A stretch of DNA of 64,000 nt from a phage: sequence record PZ445437.1; one strand, given 5' to 3'. Both the position numbers and the translations under genes were made by a program. The first letter of the stretch is position 1, and each line of letters starts with the position of its first letter. This document shows, piece by piece, positions 1 through 11,712 of this stretch. A model generated the notes under the pieces. That model was not told the DNA's origin. It made no database searches and saw only the letters and a list, made by a program, of their open reading frames with translations.

Positions 1-32
1 AATATATTAAAGCATATTAAAGAGGATTAAAA

Positions 33-2012
33 ATGACTTTATTATCTCCGGGCATTGAGCTCAAAGAAACTACGGTTCAAAGCACCGTGGTTAATAACTC
101 TACTGGTACAGCAGCTTTGGCCGGTAAATTCCAGTGGGGTCCTGCTTTTCAGATTAAACAGGTTACAAATGAAGTAGATTTAGTTAATACTTTTGGTCAA
201 CCAACCGCTGAAACTGCTGACTATTTTATGTCTGCGATGAATTTCTTACAGTACGGAAATGACTTACGAGTAGTTCGTGCTGTTGATAGAGATACTGCTA
301 AAAACTCATCTCCGATTGCTGGTAATATTGAATACACAATTTCTACCCCAGGTAGTAACTATGCGGTTGGAGATAAAATCACGGTCAAATATGTTTCAGA
401 TGATATTGAAACTGAAGGTAAAATTACTGAAGTAGACGCAGATGGAAAAATTAAGAAAATTAATATTCCTACTGCAAAAATTATCGCTAAAGCGAAAGAA
501 GTCGGTGAATATCCAACACTAGGTTCTAACTGGACTGCAGAAATTTCTTCGTCTTCCTCTGGTTTAGCCGCAGTAATAACTCTTGGAAAAATTATTACTG
601 ATTCTGGTATTTTATTAGCTGAAATTGAAAATGCTGAAGCTGCTATGACAGCGGTTGACTTTCAAGCAAATCTCGAAAAATATGGAATTCCAGGAGTAGT
701 AGCTCTTTATCCAGGTGAGTTGGGCGATAAAATTGAAATTGAAATCGTATCTAAAGCTGACTATGCAAAAGGAGCTTCTGCATTACTCCCAATTTATCCA
801 GGTGGTGGTACTCGTGCATCTACTGCTAAAGCAGTGTTTGGATATGGACCACAAACTGATTCACAGTACGCTATTATAGTTCGTCGTAATGATGCTATTG
901 TTCAAAGTGTTGTTCTTTCAACTAAGCGTGGTGAAAAAGATATTTACGATAGTAACATCTATATCGATGACTTTTTCGCAAAAGGTGGTTCAGAATATAT
1001 TTTTGCAACTGCACAAAACTGGCCAGAAGGCTTCTCTGGAATTTTAACTCTGTCTGGTGGATTATCATCAAATGCTGAAGTAACAGCAGGAGATTTGATG
1101 GAAGCTTGGGACTTCTTTGCTGACCGTGAATCCGTTGATGTTCAATTGTTTATTGCGGGTTCTTGTGCCGGTGAATCTTTAGAAACAGCATCTACTGTCC
1201 AAAAACACGTCGTTTCAATTGGGGATGCTCGCCAAGATTGCTTAGTATTGTGCTCTCCTCCGCGTGAAACTGTAGTTGGAATTCCTGTAACTCGTGCTGT
1301 TGATAACTTAGTCAATTGGAGAACTGCAGCAGGTTCATACACTGATAATAACTTTAATATCAGTTCAACCTATGCAGCAATCGATGGTAACTACAAATAT
1401 CAGTATGACAAATATAATGATGTGAATCGTTGGGTTCCATTAGCAGCTGATATTGCTGGTTTATGCGCAAGAACTGATAACGTATCTCAGACTTGGATGT
1501 CTCCAGCTGGTTATAATCGTGGTCAGATTCTTAACGTTATTAAACTGGCTATTGAAACTCGCCAGGCTCAGCGCGACCGTTTATACCAAGAAGCTATCAA
1601 CCCGGTAACTGGTACAGGTGGCGATGGTTACGTATTGTATGGTGATAAAACAGCTACTTCTGTTCCTTCTCCGTTTGATCGTATTAACGTTCGTCGTCTG
1701 TTTAATATGTTGAAAACGAATATCGGACGTAGTTCAAAATATCGTTTGTTCGAATTAAACAACGCGTTTACTCGTTCATCATTCCGCACAGAAACCGCCC
1801 AGTACTTACAGGGAATTAAAGCTCTCGGTGGAATTTATGAATATCGTGTAGTTTGCGATACAACAAATAACACTCCATCAGTAATTGATAGAAATGAGTT
1901 TGTTGCAACATTCTACATCCAACCGGCTAGAAGCATTAACTACATTACCTTAAACTTCGTAGCAACTGCTACTGGTGCAGACTTCGATGAGTTAACTGGT
2001 CTTGCGGGTTAA
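33..2012 (+). CDS. 18: tail sheath protein gp18
   Basis: 659-aa ORF; translation recognised as T4 gp18 (MTLLSPGIELKETTVQ...), same length. Confidence 0.96.
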   Translation: MTLLSPGIELKETTVQSTVVNNSTGTAALAGKFQWGPAFQIKQVTNEVDLVNTFGQPTAETADYFMSAMNFLQYGNDLRVVRAVDRDTAKNSSPIAGNIEYTISTPGSNYAVGDKITVKYVSDDIETEGKITEVDADGKIKKINIPTAKIIAKAKEVGEYPTLGSNWTAEISSSSSGLAAVITLGKIITDSGILLAEIENAEAAMTAVDFQANLEKYGIPGVVALYPGELGDKIEIEIVSKADYAKGASALLPIYPGGGTRASTAKAVFGYGPQTDSQYAIIVRRNDAIVQSVVLSTKRGEKDIYDSNIYIDDFFAKGGSEYIFATAQNWPEGFSGILTLSGGLSSNAEVTAGDLMEAWDFFADRESVDVQLFIAGSCAGESLETASTVQKHVVSIGDARQDCLVLCSPPRETVVGIPVTRAVDNLVNWRTAAGSYTDNNFNISSTYAAIDGNYKYQYDKYNDVNRWVPLAADIAGLCARTDNVSQTWMSPAGYNRGQILNVIKLAIETRQAQRDRLYQEAINPVTGTGGDGYVLYGDKTATSVPSPFDRINVRRLFNMLKTNIGRSSKYRLFELNNAFTRSSFRTETAQYLQGIKALGGIYEYRVVCDTTNNTPSVIDRNEFVATFYIQPARSINYITLNFVATATGADFDELTGLAG

Positions 2013-2027
2013 TACGGTGCATTCTAA

Positions 2028-2046
2028 AGGCCTGTTTCGGCAGGCC
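2028..2046 (+). other. stem-loop after gene 18 (GGCCTG/CAGGCC), no U-run
   Basis: inverted repeat read in sequence; not followed by T-tract so not called a terminator. Confidence 0.4.
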
Positions 2047-2047
2047 A

Positions 2048-2055
2048 TATAAATA
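2048..2055 (+). promoter_or_regulatory. late promoter TATAAATA upstream of gene 19
   Basis: exact TATAAATA motif (T4 late promoter consensus) in 18-19 intergenic region. Confidence 0.6.
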
Positions 2056-2106
2056 CACTATATCCTTAATTCTTTAATTCTATATGCCCTAGGTTAAACA
2101 TAGGGA

Positions 2107-2114
2107 TATAAATA
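2107..2114 (+). promoter_or_regulatory. late promoter TATAAATA, 15 nt upstream of gene 19 start
   Basis: exact TATAAATA; preceded by 5-bp stem-loop CCCTA/TAGGG. Confidence 0.6.
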
Positions 2115-2128
2115 CTACAGAGGCTAAT

Positions 2129-2620
2129 ATGTTTGTAGATGATGTAACACGAGCGTTTGAATCTGGTGATTTTGCTCGACCTAACTTATTCCAAGTAGAA
2201 ATTTCTTATCTTGGACAAAATTTCACGTTCCAATGTAAAGCCACTGCTTTACCAGCTGGTATTGTAGAAAAAATTCCAGTCGGATTTATGAACCGTAAAA
2301 TTAACGTAGCAGGTGATCGTACATTCGATGACTGGACTGTTACAGTAATGAACGATGAGGCACATGATGCTCGCCAGAAGTTCGTTGATTGGCAAAGCAT
2401 TGCTGCTGGTCAAGGAAACGAAATTACTGGTGGAAAACCTGCAGAGTATAAAAAGAGCGCTATCGTTCGTCAATATGCTCGTGACGCTAAAACAGTAACA
2501 AAAGAAATTGAAATTAAAGGTCTGTGGCCTACTAACGTGGGTGAACTTCAATTAGATTGGGATTCAAACAATGAAATCCAAACATTTGAAGTAACTCTTG
2601 CTCTCGATTATTGGGAATAA
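2129..2620 (+). CDS. 19: tail tube protein gp19
   Basis: 163-aa ORF recognised as T4 gp19 (MFVDDVTRAFESGDFARPNLFQVEISYLGQ...). Confidence 0.96.
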   Translation: MFVDDVTRAFESGDFARPNLFQVEISYLGQNFTFQCKATALPAGIVEKIPVGFMNRKINVAGDRTFDDWTVTVMNDEAHDARQKFVDWQSIAAGQGNEITGGKPAEYKKSAIVRQYARDAKTVTKEIEIKGLWPTNVGELQLDWDSNNEIQTFEVTLALDYWE

Positions 2621-2652
2621 AATGAATGGGGAGAAATCCCCATCCTGCTTAA

Positions 2653-4277
<1,625 letters not shown>

Positions 4278-4278
<1 letters not shown>

Positions 4279-4517
4279 TGGAAGGTTTAATTGAAGCTAT
4301 TAAATCAAACGACCTCGTAGCCGCTCGTAAATTATTTGCTGAAGCCATGGCTGCAAGAACGATTGATTTAATTAAAGAAGAAAAAATCGCTATCGCTCGT
4401 AATTTCTTAATCGAAGGTGAAGAACCTGATGACGAGGATGATGACGAAGACGAAGATAGTGATGATAAAGACGACAAAAAAGACGAAGACTCTGACGAAG
4501 ACGAGGATGATGAATAA
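4278..4517 (+). CDS. 67: prohead core protein gp67 (acidic C-terminus)
   Basis: 79-aa [30 protein letters not shown]... with poly-D/E tail; ATGA overlap with gene 20 stop. Confidence 0.93.
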
Positions 4518-4942
4518 TGCTTCTGATCCCTGAAACTCATGAATTAGTTCTCGAGAATGTCGAAGCACTTATTCCTGAAGCACAGGGTCGCTTTGACGAA
4601 TTGTCTTCTGCTTTAAATAAAGACGATATAAATACAATTGTCGAGAATATGCTTGATGATGAAACTGATTTAGCGGTTGCATTAGCTTCTATTAATGAAA
4701 ATATGCCGTTAAATGAATTCATCGTTAAACATGTTTCCGCCCGTGGTGAAATTACTCGCACTAAAGACCGCAAAACGCGTGAACGTAATGCATTTCAAAC
4801 CACTGGGCTGTCTAAAGCAAAACGTAGACAAATTGCTCGTAAAGCTACCAAAACGAAGATTGCCAATCCAGCAGGTCAATCTCGTGCTCAGCGTAAGCGT
4901 AAAAAAGCTCTTAAACGCCGTAAAGCATTAGGATTAAGCTAA
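4517..4942 (+). CDS. 68: prohead core protein gp68
   Basis: 141-aa ORF; position and sequence as T4 gp68; basic C-terminus. Confidence 0.9.
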
Positions 4943-5580
4943 TGAATGAACCCCAATTACTAATTGAAACTTGGGGTCAACCTGGCGAAATTATTGATGG
5001 CGTGCCAATGCTTGAATCTCACGATGGAAAAGACTTAGGTTTAAAACCGGGTTTATACATCGAAGGAATATTCATGCAAGCGGAAGTTGTCAATAGAAAT
5101 AAACGTCTTTATCCAAAACGCATATTAGAAAAAGCGGTAAAAGACTATATTAATGAGCAAGTTTTAACTAAACAAGCTCTCGGAGAATTAAATCATCCTC
5201 CACGCGCTAATGTTGACCCAATGCAAGCCGCTATCATTATAGAAGATATGTGGTGGAAAGGAAATGACGTATACGGACGAGCTCGTGTTATTGAAGGTGA
5301 CCATGGTCCTGGAGATAAATTAGCAGCTAATATTCGTGCCGGATGGATTCCAGGAGTTTCTTCTCGTGGATTAGGTTCATTGACTGACACAAATAAAGGT
5401 TATCGTATCGTAAACGAAGGATTCAAATTAACTGTAGGTGTTGATGCAGTATGGGGTCCAAGTGCTCCAGATGCATGGGTAACTCCTAAGGAAATTACCG
5501 AATCACAGACGGCGGAAGCCGATACAAGTGCCGATGACGCCTATATGGCTCTCGCAGAGGCCATGAAAAAAGCGTTATAA
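4942..5580 (+). CDS. 21: prohead core protease gp21
   Basis: 212-aa ORF recognised as T4 gp21 ([42 protein letters not shown]...). Confidence 0.95.
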   Translation: MNEPQLLIETWGQPGEIIDGVPMLESHDGKDLGLKPGLYIEGIFMQAEVVNRNKRLYPKRILEKAVKDYINEQVLTKQALGELNHPPRANVDPMQAAIIIEDMWWKGNDVYGRARVIEGDHGPGDKLAANIRAGWIPGVSSRGLGSLTDTNKGYRIVNEGFKLTVGVDAVWGPSAPDAWVTPKEITESQTAEADTSADDAYMALAEAMKKAL

Positions 5581-5610
5581 ATATTATTATCTAAACAACA
5601 GGACTACAAA

Positions 5611-6420
5611 ATGCTTAAAGAACAACTGATTGCCGAAGCGCAGAAAATTGATGCTTCCGTTGCTCTTGATAGTATTTTCGAATCAGTTAATATTTCTCCG
5701 GAAGCAAAAGAAACTTTCGGCACTGTATTCGAAGCTACCGTCAAGCAGCACGCCGTTAAATTAGCTGAATCTCATATCGCTAAAATTGCTGAAAAAGCAG
5801 AAGAAGAAGTAGAAAAAAATAAAGAAGAAGCCGAAGAAAAAGCTGAGAAGAAAATCGCTGAGCAAGCTTCTAAATTCATTGACCATCTTGCGAAAGAATG
5901 GCTCGCTGAAAATAAATTAGCAGTTGATAAAGGCATCAAAGCCGAACTGTTTGAATCCATGCTTGGTGGATTAAAAGAGCTCTTTGTTGAACACAACGTT
6001 GTTGTTCCAGAAGAATCGGTTGATGTTGTAGCTGAAATGGAAGAAGAGCTGCAAGAACATAAAGAAGAATCAGCTCGTCTGTTCGAAGAACTCAATAAGC
6101 GTGACGCATATATCAATTATGTGCAGCGTGAAGTGGCATTGAGCGAAAGTACTAAAGATCTGACTGAGTCTCAAAAAGAAAAAGTCTCTGCTCTGGTCGA
6201 AGGTATGGATTATTCAGATGCATTCTCAAGTAAATTGAGTGCAATCGTAGAAATGGTGAAGAAATCTAATAAAGATGAAAGCACTATTACTGAGAGTATA
6301 AATACTCCTGATACTGAAGCAGCCGGACTGAATTTCGTCACTGAAGCTGTAGAAGATAAAGCTGCACAGGGTGCAGAAGATATTGTAAGTGTATATGCGA
6401 AAGTCGCATCTCGTTTCTAA
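5611..6420 (+). CDS. 22: prohead scaffolding core protein gp22
   Basis: 269-aa ORF, acidic coiled-coil-rich, matches T4 gp22. Confidence 0.94.
   Translation: MLKEQLIAEAQKIDASVALDSIFESVNISPEAKETFGTVFEATVKQHAVKLAESHIAKIAEKAEEEVEKNKEEAEEKAEKKIAEQASKFIDHLAKEWLAENKLAVDKGIKAELFESMLGGLKELFVEHNVVVPEESVDVVAEMEEELQEHKEESARLFEELNKRDAYINYVQREVALSESTKDLTESQKEKVSALVEGMDYSDAFSSKLSAIVEMVKKSNKDESTITESINTPDTEAAGLNFVTEAVEDKAAQGAEDIVSVYAKVASRF
6297..6304 (+). promoter_or_regulatory. late promoter TATAAATA inside 3' end of gene 22 (candidate P23)
   Basis: exact motif ~135 nt upstream of gene 23 start. Confidence 0.45.
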
Positions 6421-6438
6421 TTTTAAAGGTTAACACAA

Positions 6439-8004
6439 ATGACTATCAAAACTAAAGCTGAACTTTTGAACAAATGGAAGCCATTACTGGAAGGTGAAGG
6501 TTTACCGGAAATTGCTAATAGCAAACAAGCGATTATCGCTAAAATCTTTGAAAACCAGGAAAAAGATTTCCAGACAGCTCCAGAATATAAAGACGAAAAA
6601 ATTGCTCAGGCATTTGGTTCTTTCTTAACAGAAGCTGAAATCGGTGGTGACCACGGTTACAATGCTACCAACATCGCTGCAGGTCAGACTTCTGGCGCAG
6701 TAACTCAGATTGGCCCAGCTGTTATGGGTATGGTACGTCGTGCTATTCCTAACCTGATTGCTTTCGATATTTGTGGTGTTCAGCCGATGAACAGCCCAAC
6801 CGGTCAGGTATTCGCACTCCGCGCGGTATATGGTAAAGATCCGATCGCTGCCGGTGCTAAAGAAGCATTCCACCCAATGTATGGTCCAGATGCAATGTTC
6901 TCTGGTCAGGGTGCTGCTAAGAAATTCCCAGCTCTGGCTGCTAGCACAGAAACCACAGTAGGTGATATCTATACTCACTTCTTCCAGGACACTGGTACTG
7001 TGTATCTGCAAGCTTCTGCTCAAGTAACAATTAGTGCAAGCGCAACTGATGCAGATAAATTAGATGCTGAAATTAAGAAACAAATGGAAGCTGGTGCACT
7101 GGTAGAAATCGCTGAAGGTATGGCTACTTCTATCGCTGAACTCCAGGAAGGTTTCAACGGTTCTACCGATAACCCATGGAATGAAATGGGCTTCCGTATC
7201 GATAAACAAGTTATCGAAGCTAAATCTCGCCAGCTGAAAGCTGCTTACTCTATCGAATTAGCACAAGACCTCCGCGCTGTTCACGGTATGGATGCTGACG
7301 CTGAACTGTCTGGTATTCTGGCTACAGAAATTATGCTGGAAATCAACCGTGAAGTTGTTGATTGGATTAACTACTCAGCTCAGGTTGGTAAATCTGGTAT
7401 GACCCTGACTCCGGGTTCTAAAGCTGGTGTATTTGACTTCCAGGACCCAATCGATATTCGTGGTGCTCGCTGGGCAGGTGAATCCTTTAAAGCTCTGTTG
7501 TTCCAGATTGACAAAGAAGCAGTTGAAATTGCTCGTCAGACCGGTCGTGGTGAAGGTAACTTCATTATCGCTTCCCGTAACGTAGTTAACGTTCTGGCTT
7601 CAGTTGATACTGGCATTTCTTATGCTGCACAAGGTCTGGCTACCGGCTTTAACACTGATACTACCAAGTCAGTATTTGCTGGTGTTCTGGGTGGTAAATA
7701 CCGCGTATATATCGACCAGTATGCTAAACAGGATTATTTCACTGTAGGTTATAAAGGTCCGAACGAAATGGATGCTGGTATTTACTATGCTCCATATGTA
7801 GCTCTGACTCCGCTGCGTGGTTCCGATCCGAAGAACTTCCAACCGGTAATGGGATTCAAAACTCGTTACGGTATCGGTATCAACCCATTTGCAGAATCCG
7901 CTGCTCAGGCTCCGGCTTCTCGCATTCAGAGTGGTATGCCTTCTATCCTGAACAGCCTTGGTAAGAACGCTTACTTTAGACGTGTATATGTTAAAGGTAT
8001 CTAA
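6439..8004 (+). CDS. 23: major capsid protein gp23
   Basis: 521-aa ORF recognised as T4 gp23 (MTIKTKAELLNKWKPLLEGEGLPEIANSKQAIIAKIFENQEKDFQ...). Confidence 0.97.
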   Translation: MTIKTKAELLNKWKPLLEGEGLPEIANSKQAIIAKIFENQEKDFQTAPEYKDEKIAQAFGSFLTEAEIGGDHGYNATNIAAGQTSGAVTQIGPAVMGMVRRAIPNLIAFDICGVQPMNSPTGQVFALRAVYGKDPIAAGAKEAFHPMYGPDAMFSGQGAAKKFPALAASTETTVGDIYTHFFQDTGTVYLQASAQVTISASATDADKLDAEIKKQMEAGALVEIAEGMATSIAELQEGFNGSTDNPWNEMGFRIDKQVIEAKSRQLKAAYSIELAQDLRAVHGMDADAELSGILATEIMLEINREVVDWINYSAQVGKSGMTLTPGSKAGVFDFQDPIDIRGARWAGESFKALLFQIDKEAVEIARQTGRGEGNFIIASRNVVNVLASVDTGISYAAQGLATGFNTDTTKSVFAGVLGGKYRVYIDQYAKQDYFTVGYKGPNEMDAGIYYAPYVALTPLRGSDPKNFQPVMGFKTRYGIGINPFAESAAQAPASRIQSGMPSILNSLGKNAYFRRVYVKGI

Positions 8005-8030
8005 TCTCTAACGATAGAAACACAATTTTA

Positions 8031-8060
8031 GGGAACCTTCGGGTTCCCTTTTTCTATTTT
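8031..8060 (+). terminator. rho-independent terminator after gene 23 (possibly bidirectional)
   Basis: GGGAACC-TTCG-GGTTCCC hairpin followed by TTTTTCTATTTT. Confidence 0.75.
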
Positions 8061-8725
8061 ATACGATAGCAATCAGGCATATCATCCGCATTTATCCAAT
8101 TGCGAATAGTTTTAGGACTAACTTTAAAATGCTCCGCTGCGTAATCAGGATTATCAAATTTAACGCCCTTTATACATATTGGAATAAATTTTTTAATACC
8201 ACCAAGTTTTTCAGAAATAGCTTTACGATGTGAAATCGATATAGGTTTATTTTTTCGTGGATGAACATGTGTTTTATAGTATTCATTGCGCCCTTTAACT
8301 CGCTTCGCAATAGTTTCATCAGATTGCTTAACGCCTGTTTTTGCCTTTGATATTTTTCGTTTAGCTTCCACAGTCATTCCTTCTTTTGTTCGTATTGATA
8401 ACATATTACGATATGAAGGATCTTGCAAATGAACTATAACTGGATTTCCTCTGCCACCAATAGCAGCATTATAGGTATCAGTTCTCATAACGAATTCCTC
8501 ATTGACTAGTAAAGCTTCCATTTTATACATCTCCTCAGATGAGGAGAAAGAATAAAGAATTTCTTTTTTAAAGTTATGAATACCATATTTTTTGATGGAT
8601 TTTTTGATGTTTACTCCAGAACCCATATAACCATCGTTTTCGTCAAGAGTAGCATGAGCTCCGATGTAAATTTTTCCATTGATGATATTAGTAATTTGAT
8701 ATATTAAATATTTCATTTTAAACAT
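8054..8725 (-). CDS. segD: free-standing GIY-YIG homing endonuclease (SegD-like)
   Basis: GIY-YIG motif KYLIYQITNIINGKIYIGAH near N-terminus; sits between genes 23 and 24 as T4 segD does; start placed at internal ATG 8725 (223 aa), ORF-track ATG 8755 lacks SD. Confidence 0.8.
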   Translation of the reverse strand: MFKMKYLIYQITNIINGKIYIGAHATLDENDGYMGSGVNIKKSIKKYGIHNFKKEILYSFSSSEEMYKMEALLVNEEFVMRTDTYNAAIGGRGNPVIVHLQDPSYRNMLSIRTKEGMTVEAKRKISKAKTGVKQSDETIAKRVKGRNEYYKTHVHPRKNKPISISHRKAISEKLGGIKKFIPICIKGVKFDNPDYAAEHFKVSPKTIRNWINADDMPDCYRIK

Positions 8726-8780
8726 CGCTCCGTTTGTATATGAATATAATATCATATTACTTTGGTCTTGTAAATAACTT

Positions 8781-8788
8781 TATAAATA
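8781..8788 (+). promoter_or_regulatory. late promoter TATAAATA upstream of gene 24
   Basis: exact motif 28 nt upstream of ATG 8816. Confidence 0.6.
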
Positions 8789-8815
8789 GTATTATATTTC
8801 AACAAGGAAAATACA

Positions 8816-10099
8816 ATGGCTAAAATCAACGAACTTCTGCGCGAATCAACCACAACGAATAGCAACTCAATCGGTCGCCCAAATCTCGTTGCTTTGACTC
8901 GCGCTACCACTAAATTAATATATTCTGACATTGTAGCAACGCAAAGAACTAATCAACCTGTTGCTGCTTTTTATGGTATCAAATACCTTAACCCAGACAA
9001 TGAATTTACATTTAAAACTGGTGCTACTTACGCTGGCGAAGCTGGATATGTAGACCGAGAACAAATCACAGAATTGACAGAAGAGTCTAAATTAACTCTC
9101 AATAAAGGCGATTTATTCAAATATAATAATATCGTTTATAAAGTATTAGAAGATACTCCATTTGCTGATATTGAAGAAAGCGATTTAGAATTAGCTCTTC
9201 AGATTGCAATTGTTCTTTTAAAGGTTCGTCTATTTTCTGACGCAGCATCAACAAGCAAATTTGAAAGCTCTGATAGTGAAATTGCGGATGCTAGATTCCA
9301 GATTAATAAATGGCAAACCGCAGTTAAATCTCGCAAACTTAAAACTGGTATCACAGTTGAATTAGCACAAGATTTAGAAGCAAATGGATTCGATGCTCCT
9401 AATTTCTTGGAAGATTTGCTTGCAACTGAAATGGCAGATGAAATCAATAAAGATATTCTGCAGTCTTTGATTACAGTATCAAAACGTTATAAAGTTACAG
9501 GAATTACTGATACTGGATTCATTGATTTGAGTTATGCATCTGCTCCTGAAGCAGGTCGTTCATTATACCGAATGGTATGTGAAATGGTTTCACATATCCA
9601 AAAAGAATCAACTTATACAGCAACGTTCTGTGTTGCTTCAGCTCGTGCCGCTGCGATTCTTGCTGCATCAGGTTGGTTAAAACATAAACCAGAAGATGAC
9701 AAATATCTTTCACAAAATGCCTATGGGTTCTTAGCTAATGGTTTACCGCTTTATTGCGATACTAACAGCCCATTAGATTATGTAATCGTTGGTGTAGTAG
9801 AAAATATTGGCGAAAAAGAAATTGTTGGGTCAATTTTCTATGCTCCGTATACAGAAGGTCTCGACTTAGATGACCCTGAACATGTAGGTGCATTTAAAGT
9901 TGTTGTTGATCCAGAAAGCTTACAGCCGTCTATCGGTTTATTAGTTAGATATGCTTTATCAGCAAATCCTTATACCGTAGCAAAAGATGAAAAAGAAGCA
10001 AGAATAATTGACGGTGGAGACATGGATAAAATGGCGGGTCGTTCAGATTTGTCTGTTTTATTAGGTGTTAAATTACCAAAAATTATTATTGATGAATAA
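8816..10099 (+). CDS. 24: capsid vertex protein gp24
   Basis: 427-aa ORF, paralogous to gp23, matches T4 gp24. Confidence 0.95.
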   Translation: MAKINELLRESTTTNSNSIGRPNLVALTRATTKLIYSDIVATQRTNQPVAAFYGIKYLNPDNEFTFKTGATYAGEAGYVDREQITELTEESKLTLNKGDLFKYNNIVYKVLEDTPFADIEESDLELALQIAIVLLKVRLFSDAASTSKFESSDSEIADARFQINKWQTAVKSRKLKTGITVELAQDLEANGFDAPNFLEDLLATEMADEINKDILQSLITVSKRYKVTGITDTGFIDLSYASAPEAGRSLYRMVCEMVSHIQKESTYTATFCVASARAAAILAASGWLKHKPEDDKYLSQNAYGFLANGLPLYCDTNSPLDYVIVGVVENIGEKEIVGSIFYAPYTEGLDLDDPEHVGAFKVVVDPESLQPSIGLLVRYALSANPYTVAKDEKEARIIDGGDMDKMAGRSDLSVLLGVKLPKIIIDE

Positions 10100-10105
10100 A
10101 GCAAA

Positions 10106-10130
10106 GGGACCTTTCGGTCCCTTTTTATTT
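10106..10130 (+). terminator. rho-independent terminator after gene 24
   Basis: GGGACC-TTTC-GGTCCC hairpin + TTTTTATTT. Confidence 0.75.
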
Positions 10131-11133
10131 AACTTACCAATTCAATCCAAGCCGGACGAAGTACATCTTGTACCATTTTAACTAATTCCTTTTTAATCAA
10201 AGAAGGATTATCCGCTTGAGTTAGAGTAATACCTTCACGAGAAGTTTCTTCCAAAATATCTTGAACAGTTAGTCCCATCACCTTTCCAAAATCTTTTGGA
10301 CCAATTTCGCCAATTTTAGAAATAACGTTATTTACTCGGTTTAGTGTAACGTAACAAGCTAAAATCCCCACCAATTTGTTATCAGCTTCTGACAGTTCAA
10401 CTTTAGCTTTAATAGGCTTATCAGACTTTTTCTTTTCACTAAATTTAGAATTCTTGCATTTGATGGCTACACGATTGCGATTAGGCAGCCAAGAAGGATA
10501 ACAAGGTTTCAATACATATCCTTCAGCGGTAAATACTTCGCCTTTGGCTTCAGCTTTCCAAACACATTTGTTAGCGTCAATTAAACCTGCATTATCTACG
10601 GTAAAATTATAAGACGGAACAACAGAATCCAAATCATTTGGAAGTTTAATAAGATCTTCAAATTTACCACGACCCAAAAGTGGAGCGATTTTAAACCCAA
10701 ATGAATTACAAAACGATTCCATCATGTAATCATCAACATAAGTTACATCACCACTTTCGGTAGTGACAATAATGTCAAATACATAAAAATCTTTATCGCC
10801 ATAATCAACATTCTTCTGAATGCCAGGTCCAGCGAATTCGCCAAAAACTTGATAAGTCACAACAGCTGAAGTTTCCATAATATCTTGTACTGCTTTAATG
10901 GAATCTTCGTAATTCTTTAAAATAATTTCATAACCGAAGAAATCTTCAGCAGGAAGAATCGGTCCAGTACGTTTAGCGCAAGTTACTTTATCACGCTCAA
11001 TAATCAATGAGAAATTTGTGCCGTGAATCTTTTCACGAGCTACCCATTCGCCGCCAGTCAATCCCAAGCTATAAAGTTTTTCAATAAATTTAGAGTTGTA
11101 ATGATTTTCAAGACTGCTATACTTTTTAAACAT
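10129..11133 (-). CDS. rnlB: RNA ligase 2 (Rnl2)
   Basis: 334-aa ORF recognised as T4 Rnl2 ([45 protein letters not shown]...; KxHGxN ligase motif). Confidence 0.95.
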   Translation of the reverse strand: MFKKYSSLENHYNSKFIEKLYSLGLTGGEWVAREKIHGTNFSLIIERDKVTCAKRTGPILPAEDFFGYEIILKNYEDSIKAVQDIMETSAVVTYQVFGEFAGPGIQKNVDYGDKDFYVFDIIVTTESGDVTYVDDYMMESFCNSFGFKIAPLLGRGKFEDLIKLPNDLDSVVPSYNFTVDNAGLIDANKCVWKAEAKGEVFTAEGYVLKPCYPSWLPNRNRVAIKCKNSKFSEKKKSDKPIKAKVELSEADNKLVGILACYVTLNRVNNVISKIGEIGPKDFGKVMGLTVQDILEETSREGITLTQADNPSLIKKELVKMVQDVLRPAWIELVS

Positions 11134-11142
11134 AATTAATCC

Positions 11143-11421
11143 TCAAAATGTAATTTCTAACCAATCACCATCACGCTGATCACTATTAACTTTAAAGATG
11201 AATCCTTCTTTTCTCAGCCAATCACCAATTTCTTCAGTAATCAATTTATCACGAGCAGTACAATAATAACTAAAATGTGTTTTACCTTGTTCAGCTGCTT
11301 TATTAGCAAGTTCCGAAAAATCTTTAATAAAACACTCTAGTTTAAACTGTTTGCTTTTAAGTGCTTTTTCGCGTAATCGATTAGCAAAAGATTCATTTTC
11401 ATAAAGATCATACTGTTCCAT
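11143..11421 (-). CDS. hypothetical protein (T4 24.2 position)
   Basis: 92-aa ORF with ATG start; positional equivalent of T4 24.2. Confidence 0.7.
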   Translation of the reverse strand: MEQYDLYENESFANRLREKALKSKQFKLECFIKDFSELANKAAEQGKTHFSYYCTARDKLITEEIGDWLRKEGFIFKVNSDQRDGDWLEITF

Positions 11422-11623
11422 TTTTCACCTTTTTATTGATATGTCTTTTTCTATAGACAACTTTTTCTCGAGTTTCAAATTTATTCTTAGCAGTCATAGC
11501 TCGAGCCCATAATACAGCCACTTCTTTTGCCTGTAAGTTTAATTCACGAGCAATTTCAATGAATGACTTTCCAGACTCATGAAGAGTAAACACCACAACC
11601 TCAGTTCTCATAATCAATCTCAT
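11408..11623 (-). CDS. hypothetical small protein with helix-turn-helix-like segment (T4 24.3 position)
   Basis: 71-aa ORF; segment GKSFIEIARELNLQAKEV resembles sigma70 region-4/LuxR-type HTH. Confidence 0.65.
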   Translation of the reverse strand: MRLIMRTEVVVFTLHESGKSFIEIARELNLQAKEVAVLWARAMTAKNKFETREKVVYRKRHINKKVKNGTV

Positions 11624-11679
11624 GTTATCGAGTTGGTGCCATTATATACATCATTTTCTGATTGTGTTTTGTGTGCTTT

Positions 11680-11708
11680 CAAAATGAAGAAAGGGGCCGA
11701 AGCCCCTT
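11680..11708 (-). terminator. terminator downstream of hoc (minus strand)
   Basis: AAGGGGC-CGAA-GCCCCTT hairpin; on minus strand followed by UCUUCAUUUUG. Confidence 0.55.
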
Positions 11709-11712
11709 ATGA

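Noticed and set aside
1142-1342. Antisense 66-aa ORF inside gene 18 (and similar antisense ORFs at 2206-2551, 5193-5390, 5772-6116, 6625-7023, 9199-9713, 14123-14395, 55159-55401, 61749-63080)
   Set aside because: Each lies wholly within a strongly supported structural or enzyme gene on the opposite strand, with no SD or promoter; typical spurious frames
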